DNA of 58,731 nt from Candidatus Methylomirabilota bacterium (GCA_046726415.1 JBKPAK010000050.1:1-58731); one strand, 5' to 3'; shown: positions 1 through 10,231, counted from the first letter of the stretch. Notes: generated from the letters alone by a model not told the origin. Numbers and translations are program-made.

Positions 1-1559
1 AAGGCGTTCTGGATCAGCTTGACGATGACCTCCATGGTGTTCGCGTCAGCGCCTTCCACCGGCCCCGAGAGGGTGGCGACCGTCGCCACCTCCTTGCGCG
101 GGGCGTTCTTGAGAATCTTCGAAGCGCCCTCGACGACCTTCTCGTAGAGCTTGCGCCCCGCGCCCTTTTCGCGGTCTTGGTCGGGGTTGTAGACGTCGAG
201 GCCGCTGAAGAGCGGCTTGACGTACCCCTCGATGCGCTGGTTCTTCCCTTTGATCTCCGAGTACACCGAGAACGTGCCCGCGGCGACGTCGAACCGGCCA
301 TAGGCGCGCAGGATGTCGTTCATGGTCTTCATGTCGGTGTTCTCGACGCGTAGGGCGAGATCGAGGTCGGGGCCTTTCTTGTCGGGGCGAAACGTCGCCT
401 CGGCCACGGTGCGGCCACTGCCCATGAACTTGCCGGTCAGCTTGGCGACGGTGCGGCCCTCCACGGCCTGATTGGAGAAGTTGCTGACGGTGAGGGTCAC
501 GTCTGAGAGAAACACGCGGTACGGCGGCGTCACCGCCCGGTTGACGAAGCCCACGGTGCTATCAGTGACCTTGAGCTCTTTGGCGCGCAGGAGGACACCG
601 GGCTCATTGCTGACCTGCTGGGCCTTCTGAACGGTCGTGGCGGTAGCCTCTTGCACGACGCCTTTCTTCGAAGGTGTGTGAATATACTCGACCCGAATGT
701 TGCGGACCGTCGCGCTCTCGAGGTCGAGGACCTTGATGGTGGGAGCGTACTCGACGAGCCCATTCGCCGAGAGCACGCCCCTGCTGACGGTGACGTTGTA
801 GCGGTTGGTGATGGGCTTGAAGTAGTCGAGGGCAATGTCCTCGAGGACCACCTTGGCTTGGATCCCCAGGTGAGGCTCGGCCAAGAAGTCCGCGTGGCCG
901 TCCAGCTGAACCTTGCCCCTGTCGAAGACGACCGCGTTCAAGCGGACGGGGGAGGGATAGTCCCGCGCCCGCGATCGGATGTTGCGAATATTGTCGGCCT
1001 GAAGATTGACCCGGGTCACCTTGAGCGGCTCGAACGGGCCCTTGTCGACGTAGGTGATCTCGCCGTCCACGATCTCGAGCTCATTGATCTTGAGTGGGTA
1101 GATCGCCTGGAAAGCCTCCTGCCAGCCTTTCTTGCTCACTGGATCCGGGTCGGCCGCCTCCTTCCGCAGGTGCTCGAGGTTGACGTGAAGCCGGGGCCGC
1201 TCGAAGGTAAAGTTTGCCACGAGCCTGCCCGAGAGCAGCGACCTCCACTGTACGCTCGCGTCAAGCTGCGGGATGTGTGCCACAGGTGGGTGGGGGTTCG
1301 CCTCCTGGACGAACACGAGATCGTAGAGGGTGAGCGACAACCCGATCGGATGGAAGCTGAGCTTCTGGATGCTGACCGTATAGCCTTGCAGCCGCGCGTT
1401 CATCTGGCGCTCGACGTAATCCCGGATGGGCTTGTCGAGAAAGAACGACAGGAATATCGCCAGCGCGATGGTGGCGGCGAGGATGACCAGCGTCCAGGTC
1501 GCCCGCTCGCCAAGGCGCGGTAACCGGAGCGTGCCGATGGCCCCGTTGCGGAGGCCCAT
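1..1559 (-). CDS. DUF748-like (AsmA-related) membrane-anchored protein, 3' end beyond the window
   Basis: Missing from the ORF track because it has no stop in the window. Manual translation from ATG 1559 (GAAGGGG upstream): MGLRNG...TM helix WTLVILAATIALAIFLSFFLD, then ...YPLKINELEIVDGEITYVD...GYVKPLF...IVKLIQNA, in frame to base 1. Confidence 0.75.
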   Translation of the reverse strand, partial: MGLRNGAIGTLRLPRLGERATWTLVILAATIALAIFLSFFLDKPIRDYVERQMNARLQGYTVSIQKLSFHPIGLSLTLYDLVFVQEANPHPPVAHIPQLDASVQWRSLLSGRLVANFTFERPRLHVNLEHLRKEAADPDPVSKKGWQEAFQAIYPLKINELEIVDGEITYVDKGPFEPLKVTRVNLQADNIRNIRSRARDYPSPVRLNAVVFDRGKVQLDGHADFLAEPHLGIQAKVVLEDIALDYFKPITNRYNVTVSRGVLSANGLVEYAPTIKVLDLESATVRNIRVEYIHTPSKKGVVQEATATTVQKAQQVSNEPGVLLRAKELKVTDSTVGFVNRAVTPPYRVFLSDVTLTVSNFSNQAVEGRTVAKLTGKFMGSGRTVAEATFRPDKKGPDLDLALRVENTDMKTMNDILRAYGRFDVAAGTFSVYSEIKGKNQRIEGYVKPLFSGLDVYNPDQDREKGAGRKLYEKVVEGASKILKNAPRKEVATVATLSGPVEGADANTMEVIVKLIQNA

Positions 1560-1754
1560 GCCCCTTCAGCTTGCAAACGCGCTGCCGCGGGGCGGACATC
1601 GGTAGGACGGTTTAAGAGGTGCCGTCGCATCGTCCGGAGCGAGCGACGAGCGTCCTTACCTATCAGCGAATGAGCCGCGGAGGCATTTCAGGGAATGAGC
1701 CGCGGGCAACCCGGCGGTCCGGGATTCGTTAACGCGGCGCGGGGAAATTCTACC

Positions 1755-2903
1755 TTAGCGCGGGGGCCACAGGAGCTCACGACGGATCCTGCTGAGGCTC
1801 GGAGTGCCGCACAGGGCCATGGCGGCTTCGAGCTCGGCTCGTAGGATTTCGATCACTCGCTGAACGCCAGCCGCGCCGTCGACGGCCAGGCCCCACAGAT
1901 AGGGCCGCCCGATCAGGACGGCTCGAGCACCGAGCGCCAGGGCTTTGACGACATCCGTCCCTCGACGGATGCCCCCGTCGAGGAGGATCGTCGTGCGCCC
2001 TTGCATGGCCTCGGCCACGGCAGGAAGCGCCTCTATGGTTGCGAGCGTGGTGTCGAGGTTGCGCCCGCCATGGTTGGAGACGATGACGCCGGCGACTCCG
2101 TCGCCCGCTGCCCGCCGCGCGTCGTCCGGGGCGAGGATGCCCTTGAGGAGGACGGGCGTCTTCGAGAACGAGCGGATCCAGGCCACCGTCTCCCAGGTGA
2201 CCGTTGGGTCGAGCGCGTCGGCGTAGATGGGACTGACCCGACCGCCGGGGCTGCTGGGCCCGCCCCTGTATGACCAACGGATGCCGCGCCGCTTCTCCCG
2301 ATCGCGCATCGGGATCACCGGCGCATCGACGGTGATGCACAGGGCTGTGCAGCCGGCCGCCTCGGCCCGCTGCACCAGCTCCCGGGTGACGCCCCGGTCG
2401 CGGTGAACGTACAGCTGGAACCACACCCGGCCCTGAGCGGCGCGCGCGATGTCCTCGATGCGCGCGCTGGCGAAGGTGCTGACGACCAGGGTCGCTCCAG
2501 CGGCGCTGGCCCCCCGCGCGGCTTCCCGCTCCGCGCCAGGGTGGATTTGCTGCTGCGCCGCGACCGGAGCGAGGAGAATCGGAAACTCGAGCATCCGGCC
2601 GAACAGCTCGAGTCGGGTGTCCAAGGTGCCGACGTCGATGAGCACGCGCGGCTTCAGCCGAATCATGTCAAACGCCTCGCGGTTCCGGCGAAGCGTGATC
2701 TCGTCGGCCGCCCCCTGGGCGATGTAGTCCCAGACGCCGGGCGACAGGCGTCGCTGTGCGAGCGGCTCGAACTCGAAGAGGTTGACGGGCGCGAGGCTCG
2801 CGGTCGGCTCCGCGCCTTGCCCGCCAGCCACGGCTGGCCGCGGGGACCCCGGCAGAGTGCCGAGGGCTCCGGCCAGAACCGCGAGCCACTCCCGGCGCGT
2901 CAC
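1755..2903 (-). CDS. FMN-dependent alpha-hydroxy acid oxidase/dehydrogenase with predicted Tat signal
   Basis: Motifs LKPRVL, PILLAP, WFQLY, ITVD, LLKG, SNHGGR, DGGIRRGTDVVKALALGA, GRP. N-terminus MTRREWL plus hydrophobic stretch. Confidence 0.92.
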   Translation of the reverse strand: MTRREWLAVLAGALGTLPGSPRPAVAGGQGAEPTASLAPVNLFEFEPLAQRRLSPGVWDYIAQGAADEITLRRNREAFDMIRLKPRVLIDVGTLDTRLELFGRMLEFPILLAPVAAQQQIHPGAEREAARGASAAGATLVVSTFASARIEDIARAAQGRVWFQLYVHRDRGVTRELVQRAEAAGCTALCITVDAPVIPMRDREKRRGIRWSYRGGPSSPGGRVSPIYADALDPTVTWETVAWIRSFSKTPVLLKGILAPDDARRAAGDGVAGVIVSNHGGRNLDTTLATIEALPAVAEAMQGRTTILLDGGIRRGTDVVKALALGARAVLIGRPYLWGLAVDGAAGVQRVIEILRAELEAAMALCGTPSLSRIRRELLWPPR

Positions 2904-3047
2904 CCCGAGATTCTAGGATCCGGTCGGCGAACGGGTCAACCCGCCTCGCGCAGCTGCTCGGCGCATCGAGCGATGACGGCGGCCCGTGGGAGCATGATGG
3001 TATGAAGACTACGATAAGCAAGTCAGCGCGGAGGCGCAGCCTCGATC

Positions 3048-3432
3048 AGGATCGACGACCCGAATCCCGACATCGAGTTCGTCGAGACGGGGCTCACCGG
3101 TCCTGATCCCGGCGCCGGGAAGTTTGAGATTGCCGTGCAGGTGGACCAGTTCCAGATCAATGGCCGCCGGGCCGCGGTGAGCCCCGCGGAGGCGGGGTTC
3201 GATACGATTGTCGTGTTTCAGCGGCCGGCGGTGGGTGGCAATATGGGCATCGGATTCAGGAAGGCCAGCCAGGCCGCCAGATTTGGTGGAGGCCAGGGGG
3301 TCATCGCCATTGCCAATGCCTCCGTCGCCCCGTCGCAGAATCTGGCTGGGGCGGGGATTCTGTGTGTCGAGGACGGGGGCGCTCAAGTATCGCGGCTCGA
3401 ATGGAACGGTAACCGTGATCGCGCCGGCCTAG
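3048..3432 (+). pseudogene. Frameshifted fragment with tail-fibre/adhesin-like C-terminal motif
   Basis: RIDDPNPDIEFVET...GNMGIG...FGGGQGVIAIANA...GILCVEDG continues as ALKYRGSNGTVTVIAPA* after removing one G from the run at 3375-3379. Confidence 0.5.
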
Positions 3433-3498
3433 GAGTCCGGCCATCAACCTCGGCCGCGAGAGAGTGCACCAGGATCCCCCTCATCCCTCGGCACGAGC

Positions 3499-4869
3499 TT
3501 ACTTCAGCATCCTCGGCAGCCAGAGCGCGATGTCGGGGAACGCCATCAGGATGACGACCCCCCCCATGTAGATGAGCACGAACGGCGTGACGCCGATGAA
3601 GACGTCCCAGATCGGGCCGGGCGTGAGGCGCATCCCCTGGAGCACGTACATGACCGTGCCGTCCGGCGGGCTGATCATCGCGATCTCGATCAGCATCGTG
3701 ATGATGACGCCAAACCACACGGGGTCGTAGCCCAAGGCGACCACGACGGGGAAGACGACCGGTATCGTGGTGATGATCATCGAGAATCCTTCCATGAACG
3801 TGCCGAGCGCCAGGTAGAAGCCGATGATGATGACCATGATTCCCCACGGGGGCAGCGCGAGCGCCTTCACCATCTCGGCCAGAGCCTGGGGAAGCCGAAG
3901 GCTCGAGAGCACGTAGTTCAGGAGGAATCCGGCGAGGATGATGAACCCAATCAGGCTCGTGGTCCGCGCCGTGGCTTCCGCAGAGGCGTGGAGCACCCGC
4001 CAGGTGAGCCGGCGGTCGATGGCCGCAAAGACGATCGCCCCGACCACACCCAGAGCGGCTGCTTCTGTCGGGGTCGCTACACCCGCGTAGATCGTCCCCA
4101 GGACGACCAGGATCAGGATCGACGTCGGGATCAGGTCCACCAGCCCGGCGAACCTGACGCGCCAGGTGACCTGCGCCGCCCGCTCTTCCAACGGCTTGAC
4201 CAGGTAGGACGCGATGATCACGAGCATGAAGAGCCCGGTCATCAGCGCCCCCGGGAGGAATGCGGCCAGGTACAGCTGGCCGACCGACGTCTCGGTCAGG
4301 AGCCCGTACACAATGAACGTGATTCCGGGCGGGATGAGGTTGCCCAGAGCGCCCCCGGCCGCGAGCGAGCCCAGGACCAGCCGCTGGCTGTACCGCGTCT
4401 TCTCGAAGTATGGCAGGGCCACCGAGCCAATGGTCGCCGCGGTCGCCACGCTCGAGCCGGCGATAGCCGAGAAGACGGCGCACGTGATGACGTTTGTGTG
4501 CAGGAGTCCCCCGGGGAGCCGGCCGAACCACAGATTGAGCCCGCGGTAGAGGCGCTCCGACAGGCCCGACCGGAGCAGAATCTCACCCATCAGGAGGAAG
4601 AGCGGGACTGCGACCAGGACGAAGTTGACGCTGGGGGTCCAGATCACCTGGCCCATGAAGAGATAGAGCGGGCGGGGCGAGTAGGCGAACGCGGCGAGGA
4701 GCCCCAGCACGCCTAGGGCCGCGGCGACGTAAATGCCCGCACAGAAGAAGACGAGGAAGACGACGCACAGCAGGAGTAGCCCCCCGATGGGTCCGGACGG
4801 GCCGGCGCCGGTGGCCGCCAGCACCAGCGAGGTCGCCAGGAGCAGCAGGAGGAATGCAACGGTGATCAG
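3499..4869 (-). CDS. dctM: TRAP transporter large permease
   Basis: LVAVPLFLLMGEIL, GSSVATAATIG, LIPPGI, ATPTEAAA, ISPP motifs. Start is GTG 4824 or an in-frame CTG at 4869 overlapping the dctQ stop. Confidence 0.93.
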   Translation of the reverse strand: MITVAFLLLLLATSLVLAATGAGPSGPIGGLLLLCVVFLVFFCAGIYVAAALGVLGLLAAFAYSPRPLYLFMGQVIWTPSVNFVLVAVPLFLLMGEILLRSGLSERLYRGLNLWFGRLPGGLLHTNVITCAVFSAIAGSSVATAATIGSVALPYFEKTRYSQRLVLGSLAAGGALGNLIPPGITFIVYGLLTETSVGQLYLAAFLPGALMTGLFMLVIIASYLVKPLEERAAQVTWRVRFAGLVDLIPTSILILVVLGTIYAGVATPTEAAALGVVGAIVFAAIDRRLTWRVLHASAEATARTTSLIGFIILAGFLLNYVLSSLRLPQALAEMVKALALPPWGIMVIIIGFYLALGTFMEGFSMIITTIPVVFPVVVALGYDPVWFGVIITMLIEIAMISPPDGTVMYVLQGMRLTPGPIWDVFIGVTPFVLIYMGGVVILMAFPDIALWLPRMLK

Positions 4870-5564
4870 CGCAGGCCTTCCCCGCGGCGCCGGGCGCTCG
4901 CGCGGCCCTGCCGAGGCGTCGCCGGGTCGCCCCGGGCGTGAGCCATGCCGGCGGCCTCAAGGACCTCTGCAGTTTCCTCCGCCAGGGTGCGCGAGCCGAG
5001 CAGGCGGTCCACGGCGGCGGCGCGGCCGTTCCACAGTGACACGACGACCTCGAGCAAGAAAACCACGGTCAGCGCGAAGAAGATGGTGATGCCGAATGCC
5101 CACAGGCTCTGGGGAACGATCAAGGGAATGGACAGGGCGCTGGTGTCCTGGGCCCTAAACTCCCAGGACTCGAAGACTACCGCCCAGCCCCGCCATACAA
5201 AGAAGAAGACCGTCACCGCCAGGAAAGCAAGGGCCACGGCGTGCATGGAGGCTCGCAGCAGCAGCGGCATGCGGGACACCAGCATGTCCACGCGGATGTG
5301 CGCGCGAGTTGCCAGGGCATGGGCCAAGCCCCAGGTCAGGCCAAGCGCGAGCATGTACCCAGTGATCTCGGTGGTGCTCCGCGTGCTGAACCCGGCGAAC
5401 TTCCGGCTGATCACGTCGAAGGTGACGAAGAAGGCGCAGGCCACGAATACCCACCCGGCCACGCAGCCCATCAGACGGCTGAGCCGCTCGAGCCGGCCCC
5501 GCAGCCTGGTGAGGACCGTCAGGCCTTTGACGGCGCCGGAATTTTCCGCCTGCGCCTTGCCCAC
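4866..5564 (-). CDS. dctQ: TRAP transporter small permease
   Basis: Four hydrophobic segments, HIRVD motif, located between dctP and dctM. Confidence 0.9.
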   Translation of the reverse strand: MGKAQAENSGAVKGLTVLTRLRGRLERLSRLMGCVAGWVFVACAFFVTFDVISRKFAGFSTRSTTEITGYMLALGLTWGLAHALATRAHIRVDMLVSRMPLLLRASMHAVALAFLAVTVFFFVWRGWAVVFESWEFRAQDTSALSIPLIVPQSLWAFGITIFFALTVVFLLEVVVSLWNGRAAAVDRLLGSRTLAEETAEVLEAAGMAHARGDPATPRQGRASARRRGEGLR

Positions 5565-5591
5565 ACGTTCACGGTGCTCGCCGCCCGCAGG

Positions 5592-6671
5592 CTAACGTGG
5601 CGCGTACCTCACGCCAGTGATGGGCGCCAGCACCTCGTTGTAGATTTCGCCGCAGCGCGAGCCGCAGCGCTTCACCCAGGCGGGGAGCGCCGTCTCGGTC
5701 AGGATCTTCTTGACCAGCGCTTTATCCGCTTCGATCGGCTTGACCTCGATCATCGGCCGATCCTTGACCAGCGTGGCCAGCTTGCAGGTCGGCCGGCCGG
5801 CGTTGCAGTCGATCCCGTCCTGCGACAGCTCCGCCCCCAGCGCCCATTGCTTGTCTTCCATTTCCTTGTGCGTGTCCTCGAGGAACTTCCGGACACCGGG
5901 ATCGAGCCGGTTCCACCAGGCGAGGTTCGCGTAGTAAGCGGTGACTGACCAGCCCACCGGCAGGGTATAGATGTGGGACGTCACCTCGTACCACTTGGCG
6001 GCGTTTCCGCTGGCGGTCCCGGTGATGCCGCAGTCGGCAACCCCGCGCTCCAGCGCGACGTACACCTCCGCGAACGTGATGCTGACCGCCTGCGCGCCCA
6101 GGGCGCCGACGAGGTCGTTGAGCGAGGTTCCGAAGGTACGGATCTTCCGCCCCTTCAGGTCGGCGAGGTCCTTGACGGGTTTGCGGCACCAGAAGACCTG
6201 AGCCGGAAACGGCAGGGTCCCGATGATCTTGGTATTGAACCGTTCCAGCTCCTTGTTGGCCACGGGGACAAGCGCGGTGACGACCTTCCGGGCCTGCTCG
6301 ATGGTGGGGTTCAACCCTGCCAGGTCGGCGCCATCCAGAAGCGGCACGTCGCCGGCGACGTAGGTGAGCGGCGAGGCACTGATGTCGACCTGACCGCTTC
6401 TCGTCAGGCGAAGGATCTCGGTGCCGGCCAAGTTCATCTCGGCCCACGTGCTGAGCTTGACCTCCACCCGACCGTTGCTGCGCTGGGGGATGATCTCGCG
6501 GTAATAGGGCACGTCGACCTTCACCCACTGCAGCAGCGTGGGGATCGACTGGGTAACCGCGGAGATGCTGACCTTGGGCCCCGGTCCCAGCGGGGCCTGG
6601 GAGTCGGCCATCCGAGGCATCAGCGCCGAAGCGAGCACGACGGCCGGGAGCAGCCAGGTCAGGCGAGGCAT
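5592..6671 (-). CDS. dctP: TRAP transporter substrate-binding protein
   Basis: ATG 6671 after GAGGAGG; signal peptide; DLKGRKIR and EVYVALERGVAD motifs. Confidence 0.9.
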   Translation of the reverse strand: MPRLTWLLPAVVLASALMPRMADSQAPLGPGPKVSISAVTQSIPTLLQWVKVDVPYYREIIPQRSNGRVEVKLSTWAEMNLAGTEILRLTRSGQVDISASPLTYVAGDVPLLDGADLAGLNPTIEQARKVVTALVPVANKELERFNTKIIGTLPFPAQVFWCRKPVKDLADLKGRKIRTFGTSLNDLVGALGAQAVSITFAEVYVALERGVADCGITGTASGNAAKWYEVTSHIYTLPVGWSVTAYYANLAWWNRLDPGVRKFLEDTHKEMEDKQWALGAELSQDGIDCNAGRPTCKLATLVKDRPMIEVKPIEADKALVKKILTETALPAWVKRCGSRCGEIYNEVLAPITGVRYAPR

Positions 6672-7135
6672 TATTCGTCCCTCCTCGCTCCGTATCGAAG
6701 GGTGGGACCCTCGGGAAGCGTCGTCGAGTGGCGGCAGCGTAGGCGGGCGACTCTGGGCTGTCAAGGGCTTTCGCCGCCGGGACCGCGTGGTCGGCCGCAT
6801 GGGGATGAGCCAACGGGCATGCTCGAAGGACGGTCGACGGCACGGAGTCTCTACGCCGATGGCACCACTGACTATTCACGCGGCGGCCATTCGCGGCGAC
6901 TTCGCGCCGCCGCGCAACTGGCCGGGTCGGCTGGCCCGCGGGATTGACGGCACTGCAGCCGGCAAACGCGAGGCTCGCCATGGTCTCCCCCCTCGTTGCG
7001 CAACGCGTGATGGTCGGTATGGTCGTCGCTGGATGGAGGCACACGATATCGCGACGTCGCGGAGACCCTTGACGCAACCGCGCGATAGGGCGATCCTCCT
7101 GCTCGCGGGAGCACGGTACAGGAAAGGAGCGCGTT

Positions 7136-8176
7136 ATGACGGCGACGCATCGCACGCCCTATGTGTACGTTGGCCTGGCGGGTGAGACCGCCCCGGGCCG
7201 CCCCGTCAAATCCGGCCTCTATCGCATGGCCGTGGGCGATGACCGGTGGGAGCTCGCGATTCGGGGTCTCCCCGAGGCGCCAGCCATCCGGACCATCGCC
7301 ACGCACCCTGAACTCACGGGGACCGTGTATGTCGGGACGCAGCACGGGCCCTACCGCAGCACGGACCACGGCGAGCATTGGGAGAGGCTCGACATCGCTG
7401 ATCACGGCTTGCCCGTTTGGTCTCTGGCGTTCGATCCTCATGACCCCAAGGTGCTGTACGCGGGGTACGAGAACTGCGAGATCTTCCGAAGTGAAGACGG
7501 TGGAGAGCACTGGCGACAGCTCCCGGTGAGCGTCCGCTTCCCAGAAATCACCGTGGCCCCCGGGGCCAACCCGGCCAAACGCGTCCTGGAGCTGGCCATC
7601 AATCCGGCCAACCCGAATGAGGTCTACGGCGCCATCGAAGTTGGCGGCATCGTCCGCAGCCTCGACGGCGGCGAACACTGGGAGAACATGAGCCACGGGC
7701 AGTACCTGAACGATGACACCGTGGACATGCACGGCGTGCTGGTCGGACGCTGGCGTCCCGGGCTAGTCTTGGCCATCAGCCGCGCTGGCCTATTCAGCAG
7801 CACGGACCAGGGCACGCACTGGGCCAGTGCCCGGCTCGAGCCGTTGAATGCCAAGGGACAAACGTACTGCCGCGATATTCGCGAGGTCCCCGGTGATCCC
7901 AAGACCATCTGGGTGGCCGCCGGCGCGAATTTCCAGAGCGACGTGGGCGCCCTGTTCCGCAGCACGGACGGCGGATTGAACTGGTCTCGGGTGGATATGG
8001 GCGTCAAGCCGGAGACCACCATCTTCGCCATCGCGTTCGACGAGCGGCAGCCCCAGCGCATGTACTGTGCGACCACCGTGGGCGAGGTGTTCGCCAGTGA
8101 GGACGGTGGCCAGAGCTGGGCCGAGCGTCACTTGCCGGAAGGGGCCACGCAGGTCTACGCCATGGGGTGTGCCTGA
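7136..8176 (+). CDS. BNR/Asp-box repeat beta-propeller protein (Ycf48/sialidase-like)
   Basis: Six SxDxGxxW boxes (STDHGEHW, SEDGGEHW, SLDGGEHW, STDQGTHW, STDGGLNW, SEDGGQSW); AAAGGAG RBS. Confidence 0.85.
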   Translation: MTATHRTPYVYVGLAGETAPGRPVKSGLYRMAVGDDRWELAIRGLPEAPAIRTIATHPELTGTVYVGTQHGPYRSTDHGEHWERLDIADHGLPVWSLAFDPHDPKVLYAGYENCEIFRSEDGGEHWRQLPVSVRFPEITVAPGANPAKRVLELAINPANPNEVYGAIEVGGIVRSLDGGEHWENMSHGQYLNDDTVDMHGVLVGRWRPGLVLAISRAGLFSSTDQGTHWASARLEPLNAKGQTYCRDIREVPGDPKTIWVAAGANFQSDVGALFRSTDGGLNWSRVDMGVKPETTIFAIAFDERQPQRMYCATTVGEVFASEDGGQSWAERHLPEGATQVYAMGCA

Positions 8177-8264
8177 CACATCCTGGTCGGCGACGTGGCG
8201 GTCGGGATCAGCAGCATGTCGGAACGATCTGGAGCCGTCCTCTGGCGACGTGGATGCCTCTGCG

Positions 8265-9869
8265 CTACTTGTCGAGCCAGACCTTCTTGTAGAGGACCTT
8301 GAACTCGGCCTGGTAGACATAGTCCTTCATCCACGGCTGCGCGACCTGGTAGAACGGCGACCCCGAGATCATGTTCCAGTAGAGCTTGTCGGCCGTGAAC
8401 TCTTGGAACTCCTTGGCGATGGCCTTGCGCTTCGCAGGGTCAATCTCCCGAGCGTAGCGGGCGTAATACTCGTCGACCTTGGCGTCGGTGTGGCGCGTGC
8501 TGTTCCAGGAGGCCGTGCTGGCCGACAGGTACGAGTTCTGGTCCACGGTCAAGAGGGACGCGAGATCCTCGACATACATGTCGAACGGCCCATCCTGCGT
8601 GGCCACGTTCATCCAACTCACCTTGTCGACGAGCCGGATGTTCGCGGTCACGCCGATGCGCGCCATCTGCTCCTTGATCACGGTGGCGATCACATGGAAG
8701 ACGGATTTCTCGGTGTTGGTCATCAACTCGAAGGTCAACGGCTTCTGCGGGCCGTAGCCTGCCTCCGCCAGCAACGTTTTCGCGCGGGCCGGATCGTACG
8801 GGCACATGTGGGTAACGTCAACGGTGTCCAGGGTGCCCGGCGGAACGATGCCGAGCCACGGTGTGGCCCGACCCTTGAACGCGATCTTGACGATCTCCTT
8901 GCGATCGATGCCGTAGCACCCGACCGCCTTGCGGATCCTGATGTCGTTGAAGATCGCATGTGGCCCGCGATCCTTGGACATGGGCTTACCGTCCGCGGGC
9001 ACGGTGACCTTCATCATCGCGACCATCGGCGTCGTCTCTTTCCCGGTCATGATCTGGGCGCGTGGGTTCTGAGCCCGGAGGGTGTCGACGTGATCGGCGG
9101 AGACGTCGGCGATGAAGTCGATCTCGCCGGCCTTGAACGCGGCCATCTGCGTGACGGGATCCTTGATCACGCGGATCATGACGCGATCGAGATACGGGAG
9201 GCCCGGCTCGAAGTACTTGTCGAAGCGGTCCATCACCAGGTGGCTTCCCTTCACCCACTCGACGAGCTTGAAGGGCCCGCATCCGGGGACGGCCTCCGGT
9301 TTGCCAGCTTTTCGATCTTCGATCGTGTACTTCTGCGTGGCGGTCGGCGAATAGAACATGAGGCCCATGCGGTACGCGGCCAGCATGTGCATCATGAACG
9401 CGTAGGGATACTTGAGTCGGATCTGCACGGTGTATGGATCGAGCACCTCGACCGCGTGCACCGGCTCGTAGAACGTCCGCATGCTGGACCTGGTCGCGGG
9501 GTCCATGATGCGGTCGATGTTGAACTTGACGACCGAGGCGTCGACCTTGGTGCCGTCGTGGAATAGCACGTTCTTCTTGAGCTTGAACGTGTAGAGGAGA
9601 CCGTCGGGCGAGATCTGCCACGATTCGGCGGCGTCCGGGACGAACTTGCCGTCGGGCGTGAGGCTGATGAGCCCGCAGCCGATGTTCAGCACCGCCCACA
9701 CCAGTTCGTAGCCGGGCGCGGTGTGAAAGTCGAAGTTGGAGATCTCGTTGCCGTAGGCGACGCGAAGGGTGCCGCCGCGCTTTTGCGCCCCGGCCGTGGT
9801 GACTTCGGAAAGAATGATCGCCATGACCAGGGCCGCCGCCGTCCCGAAGGGAACGCATCTCGAGCGCAT
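8265..9869 (-). CDS. ABC substrate-binding protein, family 5 (peptide/nickel type), orphan
   Basis: ATG 9869 after AAAGGAG; signal peptide; GGTLRVA, AESWQISPDGLLYTFKLKKNVLFHDGT, GCGPFKL, YDPARAKTLLAEAGY. Confidence 0.92.
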   Translation of the reverse strand: MRSRCVPFGTAAALVMAIILSEVTTAGAQKRGGTLRVAYGNEISNFDFHTAPGYELVWAVLNIGCGLISLTPDGKFVPDAAESWQISPDGLLYTFKLKKNVLFHDGTKVDASVVKFNIDRIMDPATRSSMRTFYEPVHAVEVLDPYTVQIRLKYPYAFMMHMLAAYRMGLMFYSPTATQKYTIEDRKAGKPEAVPGCGPFKLVEWVKGSHLVMDRFDKYFEPGLPYLDRVMIRVIKDPVTQMAAFKAGEIDFIADVSADHVDTLRAQNPRAQIMTGKETTPMVAMMKVTVPADGKPMSKDRGPHAIFNDIRIRKAVGCYGIDRKEIVKIAFKGRATPWLGIVPPGTLDTVDVTHMCPYDPARAKTLLAEAGYGPQKPLTFELMTNTEKSVFHVIATVIKEQMARIGVTANIRLVDKVSWMNVATQDGPFDMYVEDLASLLTVDQNSYLSASTASWNSTRHTDAKVDEYYARYAREIDPAKRKAIAKEFQEFTADKLYWNMISGSPFYQVAQPWMKDYVYQAEFKVLYKKVWLDK

Positions 9870-10231
9870 GGTGTGACTCCTTTCTGGCCTCGTGAATCTC
9901 TCGGCTCCTTGTCCAGCCAGACGCTTTCCCAGTGCACCTCGAACCTGGCGTTGTCGACGTACCTCCTCACCCAGACCGCTCGGCGCCCAGATCGGATGAA
10001 GCGGGGCATAGGAGTGTATCGAAGCGCATAGGACGGACAAACACGGGAGCCTCCTCCCGCCGGCGCCCGCTCAGCTCCGCCCGGCACCTGCCGCAGCGGC
10101 CCTTCTGCCTTCCCGGTGCCGCGCCGCAGATCGGACCTGCCCGCGATGGTAGCTGAAAAGCTCCCGGGAGCGCAGGTGCGATTTCGGGAAGGTGGCTGGA
10201 AGGCCAACCCCCCTCTTGATAGGTTTGACCC

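Noticed and set aside
651..1523. 290-aa plus-strand ORF and the many other long antisense ORFs in the track
   Set aside because: Shadow frames of real genes in high-GC DNA, with no recognisable motifs.
6800..6990. Minus-strand RBS plus MASLAFAGCS, faintly like an extradiol dioxygenase N-terminus
   Set aside because: The resemblance covers about 10 residues and does not continue.
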